From Candidatus Binatia bacterium (lineage in GTDB: Bacteria; Desulfobacterota; Binatia; Bin18): a DNA stretch of 64,000 bases. The notes below the pieces were generated by a model. The model was not told the DNA's origin and made no database searches. It worked only from the letters and a program-made list of their open reading frames with translations. The position numbers were made by a program, and so were the translations under genes. This document shows positions 1 to 8,976 of the stretch, piece after piece; within the stretch, counting starts at the first letter, position 1; every line of letters starts with the position of its first letter. The stretch covers positions 94,015 through 158,014 of the forward strand of contig CAXXHG010000038.1 of the NCBI GenBank assembly GCA_963666315.2, written 5' to 3'.

Positions 1-975
1 GGGCGAGCAGTGGACAGGTATGAGGCTTACATCCGGGTGCGAGCGGGCGAAGACACGGAAAAGCTCGTCTGCAAAAGCTTGCCCGATGGTCGAGATTCCC
101 TGGAAGTCCAGCTCCACGCGCCTAAACATCTCAAAACGGTAGGAAACACGACGGGCCTGGGAACGCGAGACCAGAACGTGACCTTCCTGCTGAGCCAAGT
201 GTAGCGGCACCACAGTCTTGTCGAAGCTGTACTCCTCCGGGTCCGAGTACGCGTCGAAAACGTCGCTCGTGGTCCGCTCGCTTTGATTGCCCAGCCGAAG
301 ACGGACGATTGTACCACCGGCGGAGTCACCCTCCTCTTCATCGAACCTATCGAAGGAGTGTTCTGAGTGGCGAAACCGCAGCCGCCCCGACTCAATGTCG
401 AATGCATCCATAACCCGCGAAGTGAAGAAGATACCTTCACCGGAATGGTTCTCCGGCGCGGTTGTCAGCTTGCCTTTGGCCAGTTCAAGAATCGCCTCCC
501 GCGGGTCACTCAGCCCCAGAATTCGCTGGATCTTCAGAAAGATGCCCTCCCCATCGTCGCGGACTGTCACTTCCGTGTGGAGCGCATCCCGGCGAACGCC
601 CACATGGACCTGGCTGGACCCGGAGTGCTCGATCGCGTTGTTGATCATCTCGCTGGCAGCGTAGCGCCAACTATTCTGGACATTGTGAGGCAAGTCTGCG
701 ATGACCGGGGATATGACCTGTGTCACTACTCGATCCTCCTCAAGGCCGTCGCACGCGAAGGAGTCGTGCCTATCGCTGAGCAGCTTCAGACTGTAGACGC
801 ACGCACGCGTCGCGCCCTCCACATTGACCATGCCGTCGCTGGCAAGGCGCTTTAAGTAGCCGTTAGCGACCTGCCGTGATACGCCGATGGCAGACGCCAA
901 TCGAGGACCGAGGCGGCGGCCGTCCTCGAAAATAAGTTCCAAGGCTCGCAAACGGACGGAATTTTTGTCAGGCAT
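1..975 (-). CDS. wHTH + GHKL (HATPase_c) + STAS-like (DUF4325-type) protein, 3' end outside the window
   Basis: Not in ORF track because no stop falls in the window. Manual translation from ATG 975 is open to base 1: MPDKNSVRLRALELIF..LASAIGVSRQVANGYLKRL (HTH), SEMINNAIEHS, VRDDGEGI, HSGEGIFFT (GHKL boxes), LVSRSQARR..LDFQGISTIGQAFADELFRVF (STAS-like). Confidence 0.85.
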   Translation of the reverse strand, partial: MPDKNSVRLRALELIFEDGRRLGPRLASAIGVSRQVANGYLKRLASDGMVNVEGATRACVYSLKLLSDRHDSFACDGLEEDRVVTQVISPVIADLPHNVQNSWRYAASEMINNAIEHSGSSQVHVGVRRDALHTEVTVRDDGEGIFLKIQRILGLSDPREAILELAKGKLTTAPENHSGEGIFFTSRVMDAFDIESGRLRFRHSEHSFDRFDEEEGDSAGGTIVRLRLGNQSERTTSDVFDAYSDPEEYSFDKTVVPLHLAQQEGHVLVSRSQARRVSYRFEMFRRVELDFQGISTIGQAFADELFRVFARSHPDVSLIPVHCSP

Positions 976-985
976 AGTGGAAAAA

Positions 986-1015
986 TTTGTATCATTATTA
1001 GGTCCATATTGTCAA
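986..1015 (-). promoter_or_regulatory. possible sigma70 promoter (TTGACA-N18-TACAAA, TG extension) of the HTH-GHKL gene, probably near-leaderless
   Basis: Minus strand TTGACA at 1015-1010 and TACAAA at 991-986 in an AT-rich spacer; ATG 10 nt further, no SD. Confidence 0.35.
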
Positions 1016-1066
1016 ATTTCTTGAGTAATTTGGAAAGAAAATAGAAAGAATTAGCAAGGGTCGCTT

Positions 1067-4000
1067 TTACTCCTTCTCAAACCCGTGACTGGTGAACTTG
1101 AGTGTCCGGCTGTTTTCCGTCACCGTCCGCACGACATGTTCCGGCGCCCCATCAGGAATATCCGCTTCAATCTCTAGAGTGATTCGTACTGATGCCCCAA
1201 CGAGACCGGCAAGGTGAGTAATTACCTCGTCAGCGATCCGGCTTGCGTCACGTCCAGCACGCTCAGGATCAAGCGTTATGGTACCGTGATAGCGTTTGGG
1301 TTGAGTTGGGGGTTGCGGGTCCGACGTTCCGTTCTCTGTGTCGCCATTATCCTCACCTGGGCCTCCCCCTATGGGAGGTTCTGCCTCTTGCGATTCTTCA
1401 TCCATCTGCTGACGGGCAACATCGGACTGTACAATAAATCCGCTATCACTGTTCGTTATGGCTATATTCTGCCCGGCATGTAAGCCACGATAACGCGACG
1501 CGGACTCGTCATACGTCTCCGCATAGGCGAAGGAGTCCTGTCGCCAGGTTAATAGGCCCACACCAGTACCCATTGCATCTAACAATACCGTTGAGTCTTG
1601 AACCCGTGGTAAATAAAGATACCGTCCAAAATCGTCAACCACTTGGCCGACTGCAACGTGGTCACCGCGCCACAGTGGGACCCGATCCAGCTCCATTCGG
1701 AGGCGAACCCCGCCCAGACTGGTAATGAGCAACTCGTCTCGCTCCAATTTCTTAGCGGCTCGGACCGCAAGGGCGTCCTGACCGGAGAGTCGGATAGCTT
1801 GCCATTCTACCGCTGCTTGAGGCGTATCTTGAATGGGGACAAGTAACCATTGGTAGACCTCGGGCAGTCTCGCCGTCACTGCCCCATCGGCTGCGCTCTT
1901 CTGCGTTTCCGCCTGCTTGACCTGATTGGGGGATAAGTCCAGGAGCTCCTTCTCACCCAGGATGGATTCCCAGGCGAGATATTTCCGCGCTGCCTCGTCC
2001 AAATCCTGTAGCCGCGTCTGATCCGCCGCGAGAAATACGAGCGTGTTGCGATACAGTCGTGGGATATTTCCTCGCGTTTCGAGAATCGCCTGCGCGGCCT
2101 TCTGTGCCGCGTTACCCGAGTCCTTGCTGTAGACGTTCTGGGTGCCAAGGACGACCAACCGAGCATCAAGATCATCAGGCACGTCCGCGCTGGAACCGGG
2201 TAGGGGGTGTACGCGGCTAAAAGTGCCCGTCTTGCTCAAATCCGCCCGCAGCCGGCCATCAATTTCCTGGGTGACCTTGTCGAGGTCGCGTGTCAGTTGT
2301 GCGGCCCGGTCTTCAGCGAGTTTGGTGACGGTGGGCTGCGTGGAATACCAATAGCGTGGCCCGTCCTGATACAGGTATGTCGCGGACGCCGCCAGTCGTC
2401 GGAGCGCATCCCCGAAGACGGCTGGCGACTCACCGGGCATCACGCACCCCAGCTTGACACGCCGATCTTCTAAGCCCCGGTTGGCCGCAGCCGTCGTTGG
2501 CGCAGAGCCAAGATAAATCGTTCGCGCCACCCGCCGCGTCGCGTGGTACTTCCCAAGGTTCGGCTGCTCTTCATCAAGCCGCAACGGTAATGAATTGGGT
2601 CCAGCAATGTCTTTCTCAATAATCGGTACCCAGTTATCCGACAGGTAGCGAGTGAGTTCAAATTGAACGCGCTGGTTGTCAATGAGGATATGACCCGGTT
2701 GGATCAGGGCGTTGCGGTCGCCCTGTTCCCAGAGGCTATGGATGACGGCCGCCATGAGCCGCAACACCCCGCGAGTGCGCTGGAATTTCACGAGCGAAGA
2801 CCAGTCGTTGTAGAGCCGGTCAAAGACTTCCGGGTGAATGGGGTAGGCCGCACGGATCCGTTTCTCATAGTCCGCTTCCCGACATTCCGGCGGAAACTCC
2901 TGATGCTGAGCGCGGTAAAACTCGGCATACGCACGGGCGACCACGTCCCGCTCGGTAAACTGTACAGGATCAATCAATGGCTCAAACAGCCGGCGGCGGA
3001 CAATCTCAAATCCTTCTTCTGCGCTTGCGGGGCGCCAAGACGACTCGACACGAGCGATGACGTTCTGTAACCGGTCCAGAGCCTCACGGCCGCGCTGACC
3101 GCCGACTTCCACATCTTCGGCGTGGGTATGCGGCGATCCTGGCGAATCAGACGCCGGCAAACTGATGACTAGGAGACAGTTTTTAGCGGCTTTGGCGGCT
3201 TCTGTAAGGGCCTGGGCAAAGGTGAACTGCGTCTCAAAACTGCCTGCCGGGAGGTCACTCTGGTCATGCAGTTGACGGGCATAGGCCACCCACTCGTCGA
3301 TAAGGATGAGGCAGGGGCCATACGTATTGAAGAGTTCTCGGATGACATCGCCTGGGCTGGTGGCTTTCTCGTCGTCGGCGCGGACCCGTTTCAACGCTTT
3401 TTTGCCACCAAGTTGCCACGCCATTTCTCCCCAGAGGGTCCGGACAACACTGCCATCCGGCTTGGTGACGGGGTTGCCTGGCGAAATCTTATTCCCAACA
3501 AGGACCACTCGATTGATAGATGGGATGTTGTTGACCCCGGCCTCTTGCATCACCACGTCGATACCGGCTAATTCGCTCAGGGGCGTACCGGAGAAGAGAT
3601 GGTAGAGCGCAAGCATAGAATGGGTTTTCCCGCCACCGAAATTGGTCTGGAGATCGACCACCGGATCACCGCCTTGACCGACAACCCGTTGGAGAGATCC
3701 GACTAACAGTCGTTTCAGGCTTTCCGTGAGGTACGTGCGCCGGAAAAACTCGGTCGGGTCGCGGTACTCGTCCGTGCCCTCGCCGATATGCACTTGCCAC
3801 AGATCTGCGGCAAATTCCGCCTGCTGATAGCGTCCACTCGCCACGTCCTGATGCGGGGTTACGACTTCCCGCCACGGTTTGAGGGTCCCGGTTACTGCAG
3901 TTTCCACCGCTATCTTCGTGGTCTTCCGTTTTTCATAGCGGACCTGCTCGTCGTAGCGGATCCGAAGCAATTCCATTTTGGTTTTTTCAATCTCATCCGA

Positions 4001-4375
4001 TTGCGGCGCGGAGACGGCGGCTAGGAGACGCCCTGCAGAGTCAAGCATCCGGTACGTATCGTCACTGGAGAATGTCTGCTGGTGTGCCCATTCGTTGCGC
4101 TGGCCTCGCAGTTCGCTTACCAGTGTACGCTCGGACTGGCCCAACGTATTACGGAAAACGTCATTCCAGGCGTTCCACATGAGTCGGAGTAGGGCGGCGG
4201 CATCCCATTCGGTTACGGGTTTGTCACCGACTAGACGATCGTCGCCAAGATACATTAACGCTTGAGGCTGTGCCTTGGCCTCGTAGGTATGGGTAAACTC
4301 TCGTTCGATAAATGGTCCGAGGCCGTCTTTGAGCAAATCCAATGCCTTCCCGACACGTTCATGATTGGTAGCCAT
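1067..4375 (-). CDS. Swt1-like HEPN + DUF499 AAA+ ATPase
   Basis: N-terminal ELRGQRNEWAH (HEPN RxxxxH), LKPWREVVTPH..EFAADL, Walker A TNFGGGKTH, Walker B LILIDE, YPIHPE, FQRTRGVLR. Confidence 0.9.
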   Translation of the reverse strand: MATNHERVGKALDLLKDGLGPFIEREFTHTYEAKAQPQALMYLGDDRLVGDKPVTEWDAAALLRLMWNAWNDVFRNTLGQSERTLVSELRGQRNEWAHQQTFSSDDTYRMLDSAGRLLAAVSAPQSDEIEKTKMELLRIRYDEQVRYEKRKTTKIAVETAVTGTLKPWREVVTPHQDVASGRYQQAEFAADLWQVHIGEGTDEYRDPTEFFRRTYLTESLKRLLVGSLQRVVGQGGDPVVDLQTNFGGGKTHSMLALYHLFSGTPLSELAGIDVVMQEAGVNNIPSINRVVLVGNKISPGNPVTKPDGSVVRTLWGEMAWQLGGKKALKRVRADDEKATSPGDVIRELFNTYGPCLILIDEWVAYARQLHDQSDLPAGSFETQFTFAQALTEAAKAAKNCLLVISLPASDSPGSPHTHAEDVEVGGQRGREALDRLQNVIARVESSWRPASAEEGFEIVRRRLFEPLIDPVQFTERDVVARAYAEFYRAQHQEFPPECREADYEKRIRAAYPIHPEVFDRLYNDWSSLVKFQRTRGVLRLMAAVIHSLWEQGDRNALIQPGHILIDNQRVQFELTRYLSDNWVPIIEKDIAGPNSLPLRLDEEQPNLGKYHATRRVARTIYLGSAPTTAAANRGLEDRRVKLGCVMPGESPAVFGDALRRLAASATYLYQDGPRYWYSTQPTVTKLAEDRAAQLTRDLDKVTQEIDGRLRADLSKTGTFSRVHPLPGSSADVPDDLDARLVVLGTQNVYSKDSGNAAQKAAQAILETRGNIPRLYRNTLVFLAADQTRLQDLDEAARKYLAWESILGEKELLDLSPNQVKQAETQKSAADGAVTARLPEVYQWLLVPIQDTPQAAVEWQAIRLSGQDALAVRAAKKLERDELLITSLGGVRLRMELDRVPLWRGDHVAVGQVVDDFGRYLYLPRVQDSTVLLDAMGTGVGLLTWRQDSFAYAETYDESASRYRGLHAGQNIAITNSDSGFIVQSDVARQQMDEESQEAEPPIGGGPGEDNGDTENGTSDPQPPTQPKRYHGTITLDPERAGRDASRIADEVITHLAGLVGASVRITLEIEADIPDGAPEHVVRTVTENSRTLKFTSHGFEKE

Positions 4376-4378
4376 CGG

Positions 4379-7258
4379 TTACTCCTGTTCAAAGAGCGCG
4401 TCTTGCTCAGTGATCGCGGTTTGCCTACCGCCAGCTTGACGAGCAAGCTTGATAATCTCAGGCCAGCTCTGGACGAGGCTGTTATAGGCCAAAGCTTCCT
4501 GCGCCCATTTTTTTCGTTCACAGACGGTGTAAAGCCGATAGGCTAGTTCACGGGCGGTCTCCGCCTTGGATCCGAGCTTCCTTACTAACTCCCCGGCGGC
4601 AATTTCCCCCTCTTCCAGTACACGTACTAAGTGATGCACTGTCTCCCAAACTGTGAGCCTGGAATCGGCGGTTGGGTCCCAATCGTCGGGAAGTTCATCC
4701 GGTTTGAGCAAACGTACCTTTCCTGCTTTAGACGCCGCGATGCCTGCTTCCACCATGCCGTCTACACTAATGTTCTTGGCTTTGGAGAGCGTCTCAGCTA
4801 CCCCGTACTCGCCCTCAGCGAATCCACAATGCTCAAACCATGATAATGCCCAGCGACTGTCAGCGTCCAAATCGCCTTCCTGTTCGGCAAGGACCTCGTC
4901 AAGCGTCTGGTTTATGAGCACCAGTGCATCATGCACCCGCATCTCGTTCCCCTCAGCATCAAGAACCTTGGCATAGCGGGTGAAGACAGCCATGCCAGGG
5001 CCGATGGCTGACTGTTGTAGGTCCACTGGAGCGATATTGCCACGCTGCAAATACGCCAAGGCTTTAGGTAGCTCACGCTTAAGCGCGTTCAAGAAATCCC
5101 GGCGTGTAGCGGCCGGGGAATCTTGCGGGCGAGGACGGCAGACTAAAATGATACTCGATGCCAACGCGTTGGTATTCTTCTTCAGAGCTTCTGTGCGTTC
5201 CGTTCGCATTGGCCACGTCCCGCTGATGGAAAACCCGGCATGGATTACGGCGTCGAGAAACGTCTCCCAACCGGTGCTCGCAGTGTCCGAGTCATCTTTG
5301 CTCTCAGATTGTCTAAACGCATAGTAGATTGTGACCGGGAAATCTGGGTGAGCCTGCTCTGCCAGTCGTTTCATCACTTGGGTCATGCCGTCGAGAAAGA
5401 AGGTCTCGGCTTTCTCCTTGTCGCCGTGGCGGTAAGGAGTGGCGACGAGTTCCTCTGCTTTAGGAACTGCCATCGTTGTCAGTAGATCAGGATAAATGGA
5501 CTTGAGAGATCGTCGTAGCCAAACATAAAAGAAATCAGATAAATCCGCGTAGCAAATATTGTCATAGTAAGGTGGGTCGGTTGACACTACTTTGTTAGCA
5601 CTAATTGACTGAAGTCTGGCATCTAGCTGGGAAGAATGCCCGTCGGGTGTAGAAGGAAGACTAACCGAAAGTTTGTATATTGTCTCAATCGTAGAACTGA
5701 AGGATGCACCATTTCCAAACGGGTTTGACTCAGCATAATCCCAAACCATTGGAATGGCGTGCCTAGAGAAAAGATTCTTAATATTTTGATTTGTAGTGTT
5801 CCAAGCGGAGAGCGTGCAAAATAAGTCAGTCCATCGGGAGAGCGCCAAACTCAAATATACCCTCACCGCCTCGGCATATGCGGTCGCGCCCATGCCATTC
5901 TCTCGCAGAGGCTTGCCGTCATCGGACATGCCTGACTCAAGGGCGTCGCGTAGTATCAACTGGTGAACATCTCTTATTAGATCGGAAAAGGTTGTGAGTG
6001 ATACGAGTTGACGAGGCGTAAAAAGATCGCTGTATTTTGTTAATCCGTATAATTGCGGTCGGATATCTCGGGGATTGTGATTTATATTTAGTTCGGGGAC
6101 CCATGTCGGCGAAGCACCCAGGGCAGTCTCTTCAGACTCCAAGTTCGGTTCTATATACACGCGTCCAGATTTCCCCTCAGCAACAATCGCAATCAATCGA
6201 GCGCCTAGACGTCCGGCCTTCCCTTGCTCTCTTATGTAGTCAACTGAAATAGGAGTGCCAGTCAGTAGGCATCTAAAGTGCCCGCCCCTACCTACCTTGG
6301 TACCGTTCGCAATTGTCTGATTATCCTTAGGTTTGCCGATTTTGACAGTGAATCGGTATTTTTCTCCATCGATCAGTGGCTCTACATAGGCTTCTTTGCT
6401 TTTTTTGGTGGATAGCATAAACGTAGAAGCCAGAGGCACGTGTGCATTGGCGAAGGCTGGGTTAGGACTCTTGACCGTTCGCGCCCATAGCCAGGTGTTA
6501 ACAATAAGTTTTTGACCTACTAAGGGCTTTAGGTCCGGACGAGACGTGGACATTTTGGTAGTAATCTCAATCTTCGAATAAAGGTGCCCTATACGTTTTT
6601 CTGCTTCGTCTCGTACCCACTTCGCATAGTAGCGTACGTCTTCTGCCAGTCGTCGTGCGCCTTGCGGAACATCAGCAAATACATTCCCCATCGAAGGTGC
6701 CTCTGGATTTACTGATGACTGCCCAGCGAACTTAGGCGGAATCTCGATCATTGCTTTATTAATCAGCACCGCTACTGGGTTAAGATCGCTGGCATATGCC
6801 TCAAGCCCGAGGCGTTGCGCCTCTAGTGGAAATGCGCCACCGCCAGCGAACGGATCATGAAATGCTGGCAGCTTGTCCGGATTAAAGAGTTCTGCCGCTT
6901 GTGGATGATTCTTATTCTCGGCGCACGTAGTACGCCAACTCTTCCAAATCTCATCTTGTGCTTGGGATAGCACCATTTTATTTGTGGTATTCTCCCATTT
7001 CACCAGTTCTTCGATCAGGCGAAAGAGGCGCTGCCGTTCTTGCTCTTGAGATTCCTCAGTCGGGAACTGGTTCGGATGAGCTGACGGATCGTCTACCATT
7101 TGGCCGAAAATCACAGCCCGGGCTGCCGCAAGTCGCCGACGTGCCCACCAGACGTGCAACGAGCGAGGGTGGCGCGGCGTGAAAGGACTAGCCTCTTTCA
7201 CGCAGGCCTTGTTAATGGCCACTAATGGCATGGCAACCTCAATGAGTTTTTTCTTCAT
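4379..7258 (-). CDS. DUF1156 adenine-specific DNA methyltransferase
   Basis: MKKKLIEVAMPL, LHVWWARR, SAM motif DPFAGGG, catalytic TDPPYYDNI; AT-richer central variable region. Confidence 0.9.
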   Translation of the reverse strand: MKKKLIEVAMPLVAINKACVKEASPFTPRHPRSLHVWWARRRLAAARAVIFGQMVDDPSAHPNQFPTEESQEQERQRLFRLIEELVKWENTTNKMVLSQAQDEIWKSWRTTCAENKNHPQAAELFNPDKLPAFHDPFAGGGAFPLEAQRLGLEAYASDLNPVAVLINKAMIEIPPKFAGQSSVNPEAPSMGNVFADVPQGARRLAEDVRYYAKWVRDEAEKRIGHLYSKIEITTKMSTSRPDLKPLVGQKLIVNTWLWARTVKSPNPAFANAHVPLASTFMLSTKKSKEAYVEPLIDGEKYRFTVKIGKPKDNQTIANGTKVGRGGHFRCLLTGTPISVDYIREQGKAGRLGARLIAIVAEGKSGRVYIEPNLESEETALGASPTWVPELNINHNPRDIRPQLYGLTKYSDLFTPRQLVSLTTFSDLIRDVHQLILRDALESGMSDDGKPLRENGMGATAYAEAVRVYLSLALSRWTDLFCTLSAWNTTNQNIKNLFSRHAIPMVWDYAESNPFGNGASFSSTIETIYKLSVSLPSTPDGHSSQLDARLQSISANKVVSTDPPYYDNICYADLSDFFYVWLRRSLKSIYPDLLTTMAVPKAEELVATPYRHGDKEKAETFFLDGMTQVMKRLAEQAHPDFPVTIYYAFRQSESKDDSDTASTGWETFLDAVIHAGFSISGTWPMRTERTEALKKNTNALASSIILVCRPRPQDSPAATRRDFLNALKRELPKALAYLQRGNIAPVDLQQSAIGPGMAVFTRYAKVLDAEGNEMRVHDALVLINQTLDEVLAEQEGDLDADSRWALSWFEHCGFAEGEYGVAETLSKAKNISVDGMVEAGIAASKAGKVRLLKPDELPDDWDPTADSRLTVWETVHHLVRVLEEGEIAAGELVRKLGSKAETARELAYRLYTVCERKKWAQEALAYNSLVQSWPEIIKLARQAGGRQTAITEQDALFEQE

Positions 7259-8928
7259 TGTTTCAAGCCCTCAAGTTTTTCAGCAAGCGTTTTCGGGTCG
7301 GAGCCTTTTATTACTTCCCAAATCAATTTACACCGGTCTTTCGATTCAATTGGGGATGTCTCGATTCGGGCGATAAGTTCAAGTTCCGATCTGGAACGTT
7401 CCCGGATTCCTAGTAGTCCTTGGTCGCGGAGTAGCGCATCGTCCGCCACATTCATCGCTTCCACTAGTTCATCTTCCGATACTCGGAAGCCTTGAAAAAA
7501 CCGTGAATTAGTGAGGCTCTGACGCGGGAACGCTGCAATATCTGAGAGCAGGGCGTAAGCCTGCCCCCACGGGTTTGCCCATGTGTTTGATTGAGTGCTG
7601 AATTGGATGGGTGAGTAGGTCAGTGCTGGCATGAAGTTGGCAGTCTGTGCCTTGATGAGACGTTCTTTGAGACTTTTTTCAACCTTCTCTATCGCTTCCT
7701 GTGGCACTGGCCCCTGCCGTCCCAGTTCTCGGGACATTGCGTTAAGGTCTGTGACGAGAGCGTCTCTCTTCCCTTTTATGAAAGCATCAACATCGCCTTT
7801 TAATAAATCAGTAATCAGATTTTGCCCTTCCCGGTTAATCCTCTCTACCTCACTCTCAAACAGGGCTCTAGCGGGATGCGGCATCCATCGGATGTTGTCC
7901 GCAAGCTTAAAGCTGAACTTATTCAGCAGCGTGCGCGGCGCCTTCCGCCTATTCTCAATCTCGCGGAGTGTCTTATCGTCAATGATGGAGACTCTCATCT
8001 CTACTTTGCGCTTAACGCTGCCGCGTTGGAGTTCCGCCACTTCCCCGAATATTGCCGGGTCCACGGATGTATCGAGCGGGCGGATGCGACTCAGCTTGTC
8101 TATCGTGACGAGTGAGCCTTTAGGATAGAGACGGGCAACAAAATCGGCGAGGGGGTCAAACTGTGGGAGCCCAATTTCCTCTCCAGGCGAAGCAATAGGT
8201 ATATTGTCTTCAGATATGAGGATGACCTCGCCGGTCTCTAGATTAATCTGTGCGGTTTCGATGGGCGCATCATGACGCCAGGCGTCAGAGAACGTCTCCC
8301 ATCGTTGTTGAGCTTCCACCGAGCCTTTTGGCAGGACAAGTTCAGGGATATCAGGGAGGCCTTCTGCTCGAATGTCCTGGGACTCAACCCACAGCCACGT
8401 AAAATGCCGCTGGAAAGACTCAACTAATGCCGGATCAGCATGAAAGACAAAATTGATCTTCCCGGTTGGACTAGGGTCAAATCCGAAATTTTCGCTGGAT
8501 CCTGTCACAATGTCCGTGGCGCCTAGAGCACTATCGTGGAAGCAAAGCGCGTTGGTTGGTCGATCGGTGACCTGGTTGTACGGTCGAATACGGATCTGGA
8601 GTCTGTCGTGACAACGACGTACGAGCTCCTTCACTCTCTCAATGTCGGTTTGTTTAGTGGAGCAGGTCGGGTAGACAGCCACAATCAGTGTCGCCTGGAG
8701 CTCTGCATTGTCCGTCAGCCACCTCTCAAGGCAATCTATGCCCAGCGAGCTGAGCGAGGCCACGATACCTAATAAAGATTCTGCCTGCTGAACTACGCCC
8801 TCGAAAGCAACTTCCGATTCATACGATCGGATATCAGCCAAAACTATTGGTTCAGGCCAGATAAACGGAATCTCCGGCTTTATCGAGTCAGGCACGTATT
8901 TCCCCCTTGCTCTGAGAGCAAATGCCAC
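7255..8928 (-). CDS. hypothetical 557-aa protein with degenerate PLD-like N-terminal domain
   Basis: Long ORF whose stop overlaps the methylase start by 4 nt; IVTGSSENFG and FQRHFTWLW resemble PLD GSxN and F..LW elements; no HxK motif. Confidence 0.7.
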   Translation of the reverse strand: MAFALRARGKYVPDSIKPEIPFIWPEPIVLADIRSYESEVAFEGVVQQAESLLGIVASLSSLGIDCLERWLTDNAELQATLIVAVYPTCSTKQTDIERVKELVRRCHDRLQIRIRPYNQVTDRPTNALCFHDSALGATDIVTGSSENFGFDPSPTGKINFVFHADPALVESFQRHFTWLWVESQDIRAEGLPDIPELVLPKGSVEAQQRWETFSDAWRHDAPIETAQINLETGEVILISEDNIPIASPGEEIGLPQFDPLADFVARLYPKGSLVTIDKLSRIRPLDTSVDPAIFGEVAELQRGSVKRKVEMRVSIIDDKTLREIENRRKAPRTLLNKFSFKLADNIRWMPHPARALFESEVERINREGQNLITDLLKGDVDAFIKGKRDALVTDLNAMSRELGRQGPVPQEAIEKVEKSLKERLIKAQTANFMPALTYSPIQFSTQSNTWANPWGQAYALLSDIAAFPRQSLTNSRFFQGFRVSEDELVEAMNVADDALLRDQGLLGIRERSRSELELIARIETSPIESKDRCKLIWEVIKGSDPKTLAEKLEGLKQ

Positions 8929-8976
8929 AACCGCACATTACAGACGCTATTGGTTTGGTTTACGGTTGTCTTTCAC

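Noticed and set aside
10-855. Plus-strand ORFs 10-204, 287-664, 367-855 and minus ORF 27-440
   Set aside because: Shadows of the minus-strand HTH-GHKL-STAS gene at 1-975.
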